Source of the DNA: an uncultured Methanomicrobiales archaeon
Lineage (GTDB): Archaea > Halobacteriota > Methanomicrobia > Methanomicrobiales > Methanospirillaceae
Reading direction: 5' to 3'
NCBI GenBank assembly: GCA_963697895.1
Contig: OY969100.1
Location: 288,001 to 352,000, forward strand
DNA length: 64,000 nt
The notes under the pieces are model-generated. The model did not search any database and was not told the DNA's origin. It saw only the letters and a list, made by a program, of their open reading frames with translations. The translations under genes and the position numbers were made by a program. Shown piece after piece: positions 20,318 to 30,955 of this stretch (position 1 is its first letter; the number at the start of each line of letters is the position of its first letter).

Positions 20318-20992
20318 TTAACCAACGGGTTTCCTGTCGTTGCCTTTCAGGTATACCTCTTGATAATAACGGCAATCGGCATTTATCGGGCATTGCCTGC
20401 ACCGGGGGTCCCGTGCCGTGCAGATCGCCCTTCCGTGGGAGATCAGGAGGTCGGTGAGGGTCCCCCAGCGATCCTCCGGGAACCAGTGCATCAGGTCGGC
20501 CTCGACACCCCCGGCCGTCCGGCTATCGGAGAATCCGATTCGCTTTGTGAGCCTGAATACATGGGTGTCGACCGCCACACCCCGGTTCACCCCGAATGCA
20601 TGGTACAGGACAATGTTCGCCGTTTTTCTGCCCACGCCGGGGAGTGTGAGCAGCTCTTCCATTGTACCCGGAACGGATCCACCGAATTCCTGTATAATCT
20701 TCTGAGCCGCACCCGTGATGTGGCGTGCCTTCACATGGAAAAAGCCCGTACTGTGAATAATCTTCTCGACATCCCCGACCTGTGCAGAAGCGAGGGCTTC
20801 CGGTGTCGGATACCGGCGAAACAGCGTCCCGGCAACCTGGTCCACGGCATTGTCGGTGGTCTGGGCGGAGAGAATGGTAAGAATGAGAACCTGGAAGGGC
20901 GGGGCACGATGCCGGACCGCCTCCCCCGCATGGGGATAGGAGCGGGACAGGGTATCGTATATCCGGTTCGCCGTCTCGATATCCACAGACAT
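20318..20992 (-). CDS. nth: Endonuclease III
   Basis: ILSAQTTD, LPGVGRKTAN, VDTHV, C-x6-C-x2-C-x5-C cluster motif. Confidence 0.95.
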   Translation of the reverse strand: MSVDIETANRIYDTLSRSYPHAGEAVRHRAPPFQVLILTILSAQTTDNAVDQVAGTLFRRYPTPEALASAQVGDVEKIIHSTGFFHVKARHITGAAQKIIQEFGGSVPGTMEELLTLPGVGRKTANIVLYHAFGVNRGVAVDTHVFRLTKRIGFSDSRTAGGVEADLMHWFPEDRWGTLTDLLISHGRAICTARDPRCRQCPINADCRYYQEVYLKGNDRKPVG

Positions 20993-21017
20993 CGCCCTTT
21001 TTTACGTTGAAGAAGGA

Positions 21018-21092
21018 TGGGGTAGGGCAGATTCGAACTGCCGTCAAAGCGTCCCAAACGCTCTAGGATGGACCAGGCTACCCTACTACCCC
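21018..21092 (-). tRNA. tRNA-Pro(TGG)
   Basis: GGGGTAG/CTACCCC acceptor stem; GAGCG-TTTGGGA-CGCTT anticodon arm; GGCAG-TTCGAAT-CTGCC T-arm. Confidence 0.95.
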
Positions 21093-21131
21093 GGGATTGA
21101 GATAACAGCTCTGTCGGCAGTTGAGAAATAT

Positions 21132-21857
21132 TTACCGTTTTTTCGGATGTGGCAAAGATATGGCTGTCAGCGATTCATCCTCGCTGACCAGGGTCCCGTG
21201 CCGGATCCCGCGACAGAGCATCTCTTCCAGGTTTTCCGGGTTCCTTCCGTCTATTACCAGAAGGGGGATTCTGCTCCGCTCGATCACTTTGACGGCCACA
21301 ATATCGATTACCGTATTGGATCCTGCATGCAGGCCGGTCTTCCGGACGATCTCCATCAGCTCCGGCGGGGTGAGATGGTCGAAACGGACAGCACCGGGGT
21401 GTTTCTTCGGGTCCTCGCTATAGATACCGTCCACCGAGGTCGCATTCACCAGCAGATCCGCCCGTATCCGTTCGGCAAGAACCGCCGCGACCGCATCGGT
21501 CGTCTGTGCAGGGGTAATACCTCCCATCACGATGATCTTACCCGAGCGGGCAAATTCCTGCGCCTGGGTATAGTCCTCCGCGACCCGCGGGTAGGCAGCA
21601 TCATGCAGTGCGCTCATGAGGAGCGTTGCATTCAGCCGGGTAACGAGGATCCCGATCTCGTCTGCACCTGCCTCGTCCACCCCCAGCTGCCGGGCGAGGT
21701 TAATATACCGGCGCGCCTCGCCCCCGCCGCCTACCACGATAAATACCTGGTATGCCGAAGCAAGACGCGTAAGGACCGGAATGTATGCATGCAGGGTATG
21801 TTCGCCTATTGAGGGGATGAGGACCGAACCCCCCAGAGAAATGACCAGCTTCTTCAT
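21132..21857 (-). CDS. pyrH: UMP kinase
   Basis: SLGGSV, VGGGGEARRYI, QTTDAVAA, VDGIYSEDP. Confidence 0.95.
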   Translation of the reverse strand: MKKLVISLGGSVLIPSIGEHTLHAYIPVLTRLASAYQVFIVVGGGGEARRYINLARQLGVDEAGADEIGILVTRLNATLLMSALHDAAYPRVAEDYTQAQEFARSGKIIVMGGITPAQTTDAVAAVLAERIRADLLVNATSVDGIYSEDPKKHPGAVRFDHLTPPELMEIVRKTGLHAGSNTVIDIVAVKVIERSRIPLLVIDGRNPENLEEMLCRGIRHGTLVSEDESLTAISLPHPKKR

Positions 21858-21886
21858 TCAACCCAAATGATTTCATCATTCTCCAC

Positions 21887-22069
21887 TTATACCTGTTGCA
21901 TATGATCTGCTGCCCACGATGTAAAAGCACGGAGATCTACGAGGTCGGCGGGGGATATCTCGGGCAGGTGTTCCAGTGTAAACAGTGCGGGTACCGGGGC
22001 TCCTTCGTCCTTGAGATCGATGAAGAGGAGAACGAACCGGATGCCGGAGAGTAGCCAAACCTGCATCAC
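21887..22069 (-). CDS. Possible small hypothetical protein (60 aa)
   Basis: Fills the pyrH-amrS gap, co-oriented with pyrH; no recognisable motif. Confidence 0.25.
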   Translation of the reverse strand: MMQVWLLSGIRFVLLFIDLKDEGAPVPALFTLEHLPEISPADLVDLRAFTSWAADHMQQV

Positions 22070-22110
22070 CTTTATCTACCTGATACGGATAACATCCACG
22101 AGGTGTGGCC

Positions 22111-23124
22111 ATGCATGAAGCGCTCCAGTATACGCAGGGTGAAGATCAGACCGTCCATTGCTCTCTTTGCAGCCATCGATGCATCATAAAGGAAGGGAAA
22201 CACGGCGTCTGCGGCATCCGGGAAAATCGGGGGGGAACCCTGTATGCAACCACCTACGGAAAGGTCAGTTCGGAAGCAGTCGACCCGATCGAGAAGAAAC
22301 CGCTCTTCCACTTTTTGCCCGGTTCCCTCTCCTATTCCCTCGGAAGTGTAGGGTGTAACTTTCACTGCGAGCACTGCCAGAACTGGCAGATCTCGCGGTC
22401 GAAGAGGGAGGTCACCGGGCTCGCCGATATTTCCCCGGAGGAAGGGGTCAGGCGGGCACAAAACCGGGGGTGCGCGAGCATCTCCTGGACATACAATGAA
22501 CCGGTGATCTGGCACGAATATCCCCTCGATATGGGGCGTATCGCACGAACTGCAGGCCTCGGCACGGTTTATGTGACAAACGGGTATATCACCGGGGAGG
22601 CACTGCAGGAGATATCTTCGATGCTCTGTGCATACCGGGTCGACCTCAAAGCGTTCTCGGAGGACTTTTATCGCAAGATCTGCGGCGCCCACCTCCAGCC
22701 GGTGCTCGACTCCGCGATAGTGGCAAAAGAACTCGGGCTCCATATCGAGACGGTTACCCTGGTGATCCCGGGATTGAACGACAGCGACGATGAGATCGAC
22801 GCATTGATCCGGTGGGTGGTCGATTCGCTCGGGCCCGGGACCCCGATGCACTTTACCCGGTTTCATCCGGACTATCAGATGCAGGACCGCCCCCCCACGC
22901 CGATCGCACGACTGGAAGAGATATACCTGCGTGCCCGTAAGCTCGGGGTCAGGTTTCCGTATCTCGGGAATGTCTTCTCACATCCCTATGAGAGTACCTA
23001 CTGCCCCTCATGTGGTGAACTGCTCATAGAACGGGCAGGCTACGTAACCCGGATACGAAACCTCAAAGGGCATCAGTGTGGAAAGTGCGGGGAGCAGATC
23101 GAGATCGTGACCGATGTCCGCTGA
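22111..23124 (+). CDS. amrS: AmmeMemoRadiSam system radical SAM enzyme
   Basis: N-terminal CSLCSHRC...CGIR, DPIEKKPLFHF, CNFHCEHC, C-terminal CPSC/CGKC; RBS GAGGTG. Confidence 0.92.
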   Translation: MHEALQYTQGEDQTVHCSLCSHRCIIKEGKHGVCGIRENRGGTLYATTYGKVSSEAVDPIEKKPLFHFLPGSLSYSLGSVGCNFHCEHCQNWQISRSKREVTGLADISPEEGVRRAQNRGCASISWTYNEPVIWHEYPLDMGRIARTAGLGTVYVTNGYITGEALQEISSMLCAYRVDLKAFSEDFYRKICGAHLQPVLDSAIVAKELGLHIETVTLVIPGLNDSDDEIDALIRWVVDSLGPGTPMHFTRFHPDYQMQDRPPTPIARLEEIYLRARKLGVRFPYLGNVFSHPYESTYCPSCGELLIERAGYVTRIRNLKGHQCGKCGEQIEIVTDVR

Positions 23125-23608
23125 ACCCGCTGCGAGGCACTCATTCATCGTCGACCGGATGCTCGGCACGCTCTCCCGGTACCTCCGGTTTATGGGATAT
23201 GATACGATCAGTGCGAACATTCTCCGGGAGGGTAACCGGAAAGAGGATACGCTTCTTCTTACCCGTGCCGAGAAAGAAGGACGGATCCTCCTCACCCGGG
23301 ACCGCGAACTCGCCCGGCGGGGGGGGGAACAGGCAGTCCTCATTCATGACGAGCAGGTCATCCCGCAGATCAGACAGCTCGCCCGGCTGGGACTGATCGA
23401 ACCGGAACTCCGGATGAACCGGTGCTCGCTCTGCAATGCGGTGCTCAGGCCGGCACGGCCTGATGAGATCTGCGGCACGTCCTATGCCCCGGCAAAAAAA
23501 GAATCGCTGGAGTTTTTCTGGTGCAAAAACTGCAGGAAGCTCTACTGGATGGGATCCCACGGGAGCAGCTTATCCCGAAGATTAAAAGAAGGGTTGAAGG
23601 AGGAGTAA
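23114..23608 (+). CDS. Mut7-C (PIN-like) RNase domain protein
   Basis: DRMLGTLSRYLRFMGYD, LLTRDREL, RCSLCN...CKNCRKLYWMGSH. Confidence 0.9.
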   Translation: MSAEPAARHSFIVDRMLGTLSRYLRFMGYDTISANILREGNRKEDTLLLTRAEKEGRILLTRDRELARRGGEQAVLIHDEQVIPQIRQLARLGLIEPELRMNRCSLCNAVLRPARPDEICGTSYAPAKKESLEFFWCKNCRKLYWMGSHGSSLSRRLKEGLKEE

Positions 23609-23609
23609 C

Positions 23610-24014
23610 TCAGACGGCAGCGGGGGCCATGGTCGCCGTTGCCGGACTCTGGAGACGCTTCCGGATCCAGATTAAATCCTTTCCTTCGAATGCAAAGCTT
23701 CTCATGTACCTGACCATGACTTCGGCCGGTACCATCCCGACTTCCGCTCCCTGCGGGACGACAAGGACACTCGCGATATCGGGGCTTTTCCGCAGACTGT
23801 TGAGTTTATCGATCAGGTTCTTCGTGACTTTTTTATCGAAACTGACGAGGATGTTCACACTGATTGTTTTCCCCTTGAGTCGTTTCCGTGCAACGAATCC
23901 CTGGTCCTTCCCTTTCGCTCCGGTGGGTGAGACCGACCATCCGTCGGTAGAAGGATATGCTCTGATCAGTTCCTTTTTGACGAATTCATGCATGATATCT
24001 TCATTCGAGCCCAT
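23610..24014 (-). CDS. Hypothetical protein (134 aa)
   Basis: Clean ORF with natural composition occupying the gap; start set at MGSNED. Confidence 0.7.
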   Translation of the reverse strand: MGSNEDIMHEFVKKELIRAYPSTDGWSVSPTGAKGKDQGFVARKRLKGKTISVNILVSFDKKVTKNLIDKLNSLRKSPDIASVLVVPQGAEVGMVPAEVMVRYMRSFAFEGKDLIWIRKRLQSPATATMAPAAV

Positions 24015-24263
24015 TGCGATCACTCTGTACCGGATCCATTTAACCCGCAATGGTAAAACTGTTTGGTTCCGGAATTCAACGGGATTATTACGCTGAATTC
24101 TTGGCCTGCGGAGACCATCGGACAATTATTTTGGTGCATCCACTTCATCCATCCCGGGGAACACATTCTTCCCTCCGGGGATCAGGCTTTGCCCACTCCG
24201 GTCAGCTGCAATTTTATCTGGTCAGGCAAACGACGATTACGTGAACAATTCCCGGAACCCACC

Positions 24264-26571
24264 ATGACATCTGAAACCCCCTCTTCCCGGCCCGGCCCGG
24301 ACAAGAGCGCCCGGATCCTGGACCGCCCGTCCCACTTCATCAACCGCGAACTATCCTGGGTCGCATTCAACCGGCATGTCCTCGAGGAAGCGAGGAATCC
24401 GGGGCACCCTCTCCTGGAACGAGTGAAATTTGCGTCGATATTCTCCAATAACCTGGACGAATTCTTTATGATCCGGGTATCGGGCCTGCAACGGCAGGTC
24501 GTTTCGGGTGCACGGGATCTTCCTCCGGATGGTATGACCCCCCGGCAGCAGCTGGATGCCCTTCACCAGGCGCTTACCCCGATGCTTGCTGAACTCGGCA
24601 CATGCTGGAAGGACGAACTGGTACCGGAGACTCGCAAAGGCCGGCATCCGGATCCATCCCGGGGATCTGCTTTCCCCGGGTGAAAAAGAATCGCTCCGCA
24701 TTTATTTCATTCGCGAGATTTTTCCGGTTCTCACCCCCCTTGCTTTCGATGCATCCCATCCGTTTCCCTTCATCTCCAACCTCTCCCTCAATCTTGCGAT
24801 CCTGCTCCGGGATCCATCGGCGAAGAAGACGGAATCTTTTGCGCGTCTCAAGATCCCGGTCGGGCTGTTCCCCCGGGTCGTGGCGGTTCCCGGCCGCCTC
24901 ACCGAACCGGACGGAACGGTCCATTTGATCTTCATCGAAGATCTCATCGAGGCACATCTCGATCTTCTCTTCCCGGGGTTCTCGGTGATTGAATCATACC
25001 CGTTCAGGATTACCCGGGATGCGGATCTGGAGATTACAGAGGACGAAGCGCACGACCTGCTCACCGCGGTGGAAGAACGGGTGGAGATGCGGCGGGGAGG
25101 ATCGCCCTGCCGGATCGAGGTGCGGAGCGATATGCCGGAACGGATCCTTCTGATGCTCGGTAAGAACCTGGGCATTCCTCCCGCGCTCTTCTTCCGGGTC
25201 CCGCCTCCCATCGGTATGGCGGACCTGATGGAGATCCATGCGCTGGACCGGCCTGACCTGAAGGATACACCATTCGTACCCTTCGTGGAGCAGGAGTTAT
25301 CCCCGGAGAAAGGGTTCTTTCCGGCGATCAGGCAACGGGACCGGTTCCTCTACCACCCGTATGACAGTTTCTCTCCGCTTGTGTCATTCCTCGTCTCTGC
25401 TTCCCGGGACCCGGATGTGCTCGCCATCAAGATCACGCTCTACCGTGTCGGTCCCGATTCTCCCGTCGTGGCAGCCCTGATGGACGCACGGATGCAGGGA
25501 AAGGATGTGACCGCGCTGATCGAGCTGAAGGCGCGGTTCGACGAGGAGAACAATATCGGGTGGGCCCGTGCGCTCGAGCATGCGGGGGTCCACGTCGTGT
25601 ACGGCCTTCCGGGCCTGAAGGTTCATGCCAAGGTCTGCATGGTTGTCCGGAGAGAGAAGGATGGTCTGATCCGGTACCTGCATCTCGGTACCGGGAATTA
25701 TAACGCAGCCTCAAGCCGGGTCTACACCGATATCGGTATTTTCACCACGGATCCGGATATCGGGAACGATGTCGCCGACCTCTTCAATTCGTTGACCGGG
25801 TGTTCGCGGGTCTGCCAGTACCGGAAGCTTCTGGTCGCGCCCGTCTCCATCAGGGCAGGGATCCTTGACCGGATAGATCGCGAGATTGCGCGGCACCGGG
25901 CGAACGGAGACGGGTATCTCATGTTCAAGATGAACGCACTCGTGGATCGGGAGTGTATCCTGGCATTGTACCGCGCTTCCCGGGCCGGTGTACGGATAGA
26001 CCTGCAGGTGCGGGGGATCTGCTGCCTGCGTCCCGGTATCCCGGGTCTATCCGATACCATCAACGTCACCACCATCGTCGGAAGATTCCTTGAGCATGGA
26101 CGCATCTACTACTTCCACAACGGCGGCACGCCGGATATCTTTCTCGGGAGTGCCGACCTGATGCCCCGGAACCTCGACCGGAGGGTCGAGGTGCTCTTTC
26201 CCGTGGAGGATCCGGAGATCCGCTCTGCGTTGAACCGGACGATCATCCCGGTCCAGCTGGCAGATACGGTAAAATCCCGAACTCTCCTCTCCGATGGGAC
26301 ATACCGGCCCGTAACGCCTCCTGAAGGAGAAGCCCCCTTCTCTGCGCAGGACTGGTTTATCGCGAATCGTGGCTCCTGGCACCGGCCGATGGGTTCAGCG
26401 GTTCACGCAGGAATAAGGTCGCCATACCCATCCCCGGATGATGCCGGTAAAGATTCGGGCAATGTACGTTCCCCGGATGCACAGGGTGGGGAAATTTGCT
26501 CCGGAATGGACCTCCCGTGCCCGACCGATCGGCATCGGAACGATCAGAATCTGGATCACCAGGATGAATGA
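24264..26571 (+). CDS. ppk1: Polyphosphate kinase 1 (+1 frameshift at about 24630)
   Basis: FINRELSWVAFN, LDEFFMIRVSG; then HPFPFISN, ELKARFDEENN, KVHAK, GSADLMPRNLDRRVE. Confidence 0.95.
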
Positions 26572-26755
26572 AGGCATCACGGGGGCGATCAAGTGGGATC
26601 TCAGGGTTCGCCCGGACTTGTCTCCCGATGTCCTGGCGATCGGGTGGGGGACCAATCGGGACTGATCGCGGATTTCGCCCGAATGAAACAAGTATTTAGG
26701 GTTGCGCATCCAGATCTTCGTATAAAGCCGGTTATTGCCGGCCGGACGCCGCTAT

Positions 26756-27232
26756 ATGATCGTGATCGGGATAGATCCCGGGCTTGCGAGGGTGGGGTAC
26801 GGGGTTCTCGAACAGGAGGGAGACCGGATCATCACCCTCGGGTATGACTGTATCCGAACATCGGGAGCTGCTGCAGAAAGACCGGAACGCCTCCAGGTGA
26901 TCTATGACCGGCTGAATGCTCTCTTCGATACGCACCGGCCGTCCTGGGTCGCGGTGGAGCGCCTGTTCTTCTCAAAAAATGTCACGTCTGCCATGCAGGT
27001 AAGCGAGGTGAGGGGAGTAATACTCCTCGCCGCCCGGCAGAAGAACGTACCGGTCGCAGAATATACGCCGAACGAGGTGAAGCAGGCGATCACCGGATCC
27101 GGGCGGGCAGACAAACGGCAGATGCAGGAGATGATTCAACGGCTTCTCTCGCTCCCCTCGATTCCCCGTCCGGACGATGCCGCCGACGGCCTCTCGATCG
27201 CCCTCTGCCACATCCACATGATGAGATCCTGA
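26756..27232 (+). CDS. ruvC: Holliday junction resolvase RuvC
   Basis: IGIDPG, VERLFF, GSGRADK, PDDAADGL. Confidence 0.95.
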   Translation: MIVIGIDPGLARVGYGVLEQEGDRIITLGYDCIRTSGAAAERPERLQVIYDRLNALFDTHRPSWVAVERLFFSKNVTSAMQVSEVRGVILLAARQKNVPVAEYTPNEVKQAITGSGRADKRQMQEMIQRLLSLPSIPRPDDAADGLSIALCHIHMMRS

Positions 27233-27234
27233 CC

Positions 27235-27828
27235 ATGATTGCACAATTGCGGGGAGTTATCTCCCATATCGGGGAAGGGGCGGTGATCATCGATGTCGGG
27301 GGGATCGGCTACGAAGTTTCCGTCCCTTCACCCGTGATCCGCGAACTATCCACGGTGAAGGAGAAGGTGACCCTCCATACGCACCTTGCGGTGCGGGAGG
27401 ACGCACTCACCCTCTACGGGTTTCTCCATTCCGGCGAGCTGGCCATGTTCCGCCTGCTCATCGGCGTGAACCGTGTGGGGCCGCAGCTCGCCCTGAATAT
27501 CATCTCCGTTCTCCCGGTCGATGAACTGGCCGCAGCGATCCTTCACGAGGATGAGATGGTCCTCACGAGGTGCCCGGGTATCGGGCCAAAAAATGCAAAA
27601 CGACTGATCCTTGAACTCAAGGATCGGATGAAAAAAATAAACGCGGGGACCGGCCCGAGAGAAGACCGGTCCAGGCAACCCGTAGACGATGCCATCAGTG
27701 CGCTGGTCTCCCTGGGATTTACACCCGTGGAATCCCGCTCTGCTGTCCAGGCCGCTGCAGCAGAGCATGCGGAGGCGGACGTCCAGGCACTGATCAAGGC
27801 AGCACTCGTGCGGATGAAAGGATTGTGA
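27235..27828 (+). CDS. ruvA: Holliday junction DNA-binding protein RuvA
   Basis: [20 protein letters not shown], HhH motifs VGPQLA and PGIGPK, ALVSLGF. Confidence 0.95.
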   Translation: MIAQLRGVISHIGEGAVIIDVGGIGYEVSVPSPVIRELSTVKEKVTLHTHLAVREDALTLYGFLHSGELAMFRLLIGVNRVGPQLALNIISVLPVDELAAAILHEDEMVLTRCPGIGPKNAKRLILELKDRMKKINAGTGPREDRSRQPVDDAISALVSLGFTPVESRSAVQAAAAEHAEADVQALIKAALVRMKGL

Positions 27829-27835
27829 TTGCCGT

Positions 27836-28831
27836 ATGGAGGAGCGTATCATCTCAAAGACCCTCTGCCCGGATGAACAGGAGGACGCGACGATCCGACC
27901 ACTCCGGCTGGCGGAATTCACCGGGCAGTCCCCGGTGAAGGAGACGCTCTCGATCGCTATCGAGGCGGCAAAGACCCGGGGGATGCCCCTCGACCATATC
28001 CTCTTCTCGGGACCGCCGGGTCTCGGGAAAACCACGCTCGCCCATATCATCGCTCATGAGATGGGGTCGCTTATCAGGGCCACCAGTGGCCCGGTGCTGG
28101 AGCGTCCGGGGGATCTCGCGGCGATCCTTACCCTTCTCAAACGGGGCGATATCCTGTTTATCGACGAGATCCATCGGCTCAACACCGTGATCGAGGAGAT
28201 CCTCTATCCGGCGATGGAGGATTTTTCGATCGACATCCTGATCGGGGAGGGCCCGAGTGCACGGTCGATAAAGCTCACGATCGAACCGTTCACCCTTGTC
28301 GGGGCGACAACGAGGATCGGTCTTCTCGGCTCGCCGTTCCGTGACCGGTTCGGTATCATCGCGCGGCTGAACCTCTATTCTCCCGAGGATCTGGCGGCTA
28401 TCATCATCCGGAGCGCTTCCATTATGCAAATAACCATTACGGATGACGGAGCGGGAGAGATCGCCCGGCGGAGCCGAGGTACACCACGGATTGCGAACCG
28501 GCTCCTCCGGCGGGTGAGTGACTACGCGCTGGTCAGAGGAGACGGGTGCGTCGATCGGGATCTTGCCGATCGCGCACTGACCCTTCTCGGTATCGACCCG
28601 CTCGGGCTCGATGACCTGGACAGGAGGATACTTGCGGTGATAGCCGAAGACTTCAGTGGCGGCCCGGTAGGACTGAAGACGATCGCCATCTCGGTCGGAG
28701 AGGATGTGCGGACGATCGAGGATGTGTACGAGCCTTATCTCATCCAGCTTGGCCTTCTCAAGCGGACCCCGCAGGGAAGGGTAACCACTCCTGCGGTGAA
28801 ACGGCACCTGGACGACCATTCCTGGTGGTGA
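27836..28831 (+). CDS. ruvB: Holliday junction branch-migration ATPase RuvB
   Basis: [44 protein letters not shown]. Confidence 0.97.
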   Translation: MEERIISKTLCPDEQEDATIRPLRLAEFTGQSPVKETLSIAIEAAKTRGMPLDHILFSGPPGLGKTTLAHIIAHEMGSLIRATSGPVLERPGDLAAILTLLKRGDILFIDEIHRLNTVIEEILYPAMEDFSIDILIGEGPSARSIKLTIEPFTLVGATTRIGLLGSPFRDRFGIIARLNLYSPEDLAAIIIRSASIMQITITDDGAGEIARRSRGTPRIANRLLRRVSDYALVRGDGCVDRDLADRALTLLGIDPLGLDDLDRRILAVIAEDFSGGPVGLKTIAISVGEDVRTIEDVYEPYLIQLGLLKRTPQGRVTTPAVKRHLDDHSWW

Positions 28832-28934
28832 GGGTGTACCCGAAGATCCTGCTATGGAGGCCGACAGATACCCGTTCCTCACGGCGGGGACGTAAACCCG
28901 CAAAGGCAGGAACCGGGTTGCCATATTCTTTTTT

Positions 28935-29432
28935 TCAGGGATTCAGGACGTAAATGGAATAGTTCAGCGCGGTTGCGATACTCACCCAGGCAATGTACGG
29001 TACAAGCAGGATCGCTGCAGGACGGGAGATCCGGAAGAACCAGACGATCGTGGCGAGGATGGCAATCCAGAGGGCCACGATACCTATCAGGCCGTACAGC
29101 GGCGACCGGAGGCCGAAGAAGAGGTATGACCAGAGGATATTGAGCACGAGCTGGATGCCGAAGACAGCCGTCCCAATCTGTACATCGCGTCGTTCCCAAT
29201 CCTCGCGCAGGACGAGGAAGAGGGAAATGCCCATCAGGATGTACAGAATTGTCCATACCGGCCCGAAGACCCAGGAGGGCGGCGTAAACCAGGGTTTGTT
29301 CAGATCTGCATACCATGTGGGGATATGGGGTGTCGTAAAGAATGAGCCGATCACCCCGGCCGCCAGGCAGATTGCAACGGTGATGATGAGGAGTACGGCC
29401 GGATGTATCGATGAACGTCGCATGATGCGCAT
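28935..29432 (-). CDS. tspO: TspO/MBR family membrane protein
   Basis: WYADLNKPWFTPPSWVFGPVWTILY, LVPYIAWV. Confidence 0.93.
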   Translation of the reverse strand: MRIMRRSSIHPAVLLIITVAICLAAGVIGSFFTTPHIPTWYADLNKPWFTPPSWVFGPVWTILYILMGISLFLVLREDWERRDVQIGTAVFGIQLVLNILWSYLFFGLRSPLYGLIGIVALWIAILATIVWFFRISRPAAILLVPYIAWVSIATALNYSIYVLNP

Positions 29433-29481
29433 GCCTCAGGTCACCATTCAGTGCAGGGAGGATAAAGATTCCGCCCAATAA

Positions 29482-29498
29482 TTTGGTATAATACCAAA
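29482..29498. promoter_or_regulatory. Perfect palindrome; candidate operator of the adjacent DtxR-family regulator
   Basis: TTTGGTAT-A-ATACCAAA in the divergent tspO/regulator gap. Confidence 0.6.
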
Positions 29499-29531
29499 AA
29501 ATTATCAGCATCATTTCCCTATACTTACCCG

Positions 29532-29969
29532 ATGGATACATTCGACGGGCTTGAACTCTCCCGGAAAAAGGCTGAATATCTGAAGTATATCGCCGCGATG
29601 GGCGGCAACGTCAAAACAACGGATATATCGACCCGGTTTGATGTGGACCCGTCAACGATCACCAAGGCTGTCGGCGAGATGGTCGGTTCCGGACTCATTG
29701 CACACGTCCCCTACGGGGGAATTCACCTCACTGACACAGGGATTGCATATGCAGAGTTCCTTATGAGAAGACACCGGATCCTCGGCCTTATGCTCCGACA
29801 TTACGGTTTTTCTGAAGAAGAAGCATGTGCAGAGGCTTCCCGGTTCGAGAGCCTCGTTTCCCGGGATGTGGTCGACCGGATATGCCGGTCGATGGGGCAT
29901 CCGATAACGGGCATCTGCGGGGAGATAACCCATGGTTCCTGCACGCGGAAAGAGGACGTGCATTCATGA
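29532..29969 (+). CDS. DtxR/MntR-family metal-dependent regulator
   Basis: EYLKYI, winged HTH, HVPYGGIHLT, RRHRIL, EASRFE. Confidence 0.9.
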   Translation: MDTFDGLELSRKKAEYLKYIAAMGGNVKTTDISTRFDVDPSTITKAVGEMVGSGLIAHVPYGGIHLTDTGIAYAEFLMRRHRILGLMLRHYGFSEEEACAEASRFESLVSRDVVDRICRSMGHPITGICGEITHGSCTRKEDVHS

Positions 29970-30955
29970 CGGTAAAAAAGTTTACCCCTTACCAACTATT
30001 TTGTCGCGAGAACGGGAACCCGGGGAATGGGTGCAGAACGGGCGGAAACAGGAGACGCCCCGGGGTGATTGCAGGAGCCGCGATACTGATGATCGTGGCG
30101 ATCGGGTTTCTGGTTTCTGCCGGATGTACGGGAGAGGTATCGCAGCCCGCACCCGGGCTGATCCCGGTAACGGTAACAGTTCTGCCGCAGGCGGAGCTCG
30201 TGAAGGCAGTGGGGGGAGATCGGGTGGCGGTCACCGTTCTCGTCCCGCCGGGCGCAGATCCGCATACGTACGAGCCGACTGCCGGCCAGATGGTAGCCCT
30301 CTCGGAGTCGCGTATCTATTTCAGGCTGGGTGAGGGTCTCCTTCCGTTCGAGGACAGGTTCGTATCCGGACTCCGGAACGTGAACAGGAACATGACCGTC
30401 GTTGACACCTCCACCGGCATCGAATTCATCCAGGAAGAGGGAGATTCCGATCATCCGGGAGGGTACGGGAAGGATCCTCATGTATGGCTCTCGGTCAGGA
30501 ACGCAGAGATCATGGTATCGCATATCAGCGACGCCCTTTCGGATGCGGACCCGGAGCACGCGGCAGAATATTCACGAAACCGGGATGCGTATCTTGTCCG
30601 GTTAAAGGTTCTGGACGGGGAGATCACCCGGCAGCTCAGCGGGCTGGAACCACGGGAGTTCCTGACGGTCCACGATGCCTGGGGGTATTTTGCCCGAGAT
30701 TATAACCTGACCCAGATCGCGATCAATGCCAATGACAAGGAACCGAGTGCGCAGGCAATCCAGGAGATCATTTCCCGGGCACGTGAGGACAGGATTAAAA
30801 CGGTCTTTATCGAGCCGGAGTTCTCCCCGCGGAGCGCAGATGTGATCGCGCAGGCGATCGGGGGGAGGGTTGTCCGGATTGACCCCCTCGCATCCGACTA
30901 CTATGACAATATGGCGCGTATCGCGCGGGCTTTTGCCGAGAGTCAAAGCCCATGA
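29966..30955 (+). CDS. Zn/Mn ABC transporter substrate-binding protein
   Basis: Lipobox-like SAGC, PGADPHTYEP, DPHVWLS, HDAWGYFA. Confidence 0.92.
   Translation: MTVKKFTPYQLFCRENGNPGNGCRTGGNRRRPGVIAGAAILMIVAIGFLVSAGCTGEVSQPAPGLIPVTVTVLPQAELVKAVGGDRVAVTVLVPPGADPHTYEPTAGQMVALSESRIYFRLGEGLLPFEDRFVSGLRNVNRNMTVVDTSTGIEFIQEEGDSDHPGGYGKDPHVWLSVRNAEIMVSHISDALSDADPEHAAEYSRNRDAYLVRLKVLDGEITRQLSGLEPREFLTVHDAWGYFARDYNLTQIAINANDKEPSAQAIQEIISRAREDRIKTVFIEPEFSPRSADVIAQAIGGRVVRIDPLASDYYDNMARIARAFAESQSP

Noticed and set aside
26385-26571. Extra domain at the PPK1 C-terminus
   Set aside because: The roughly 60-residue tail looks disordered and motif-free; probably stop-codon drift.
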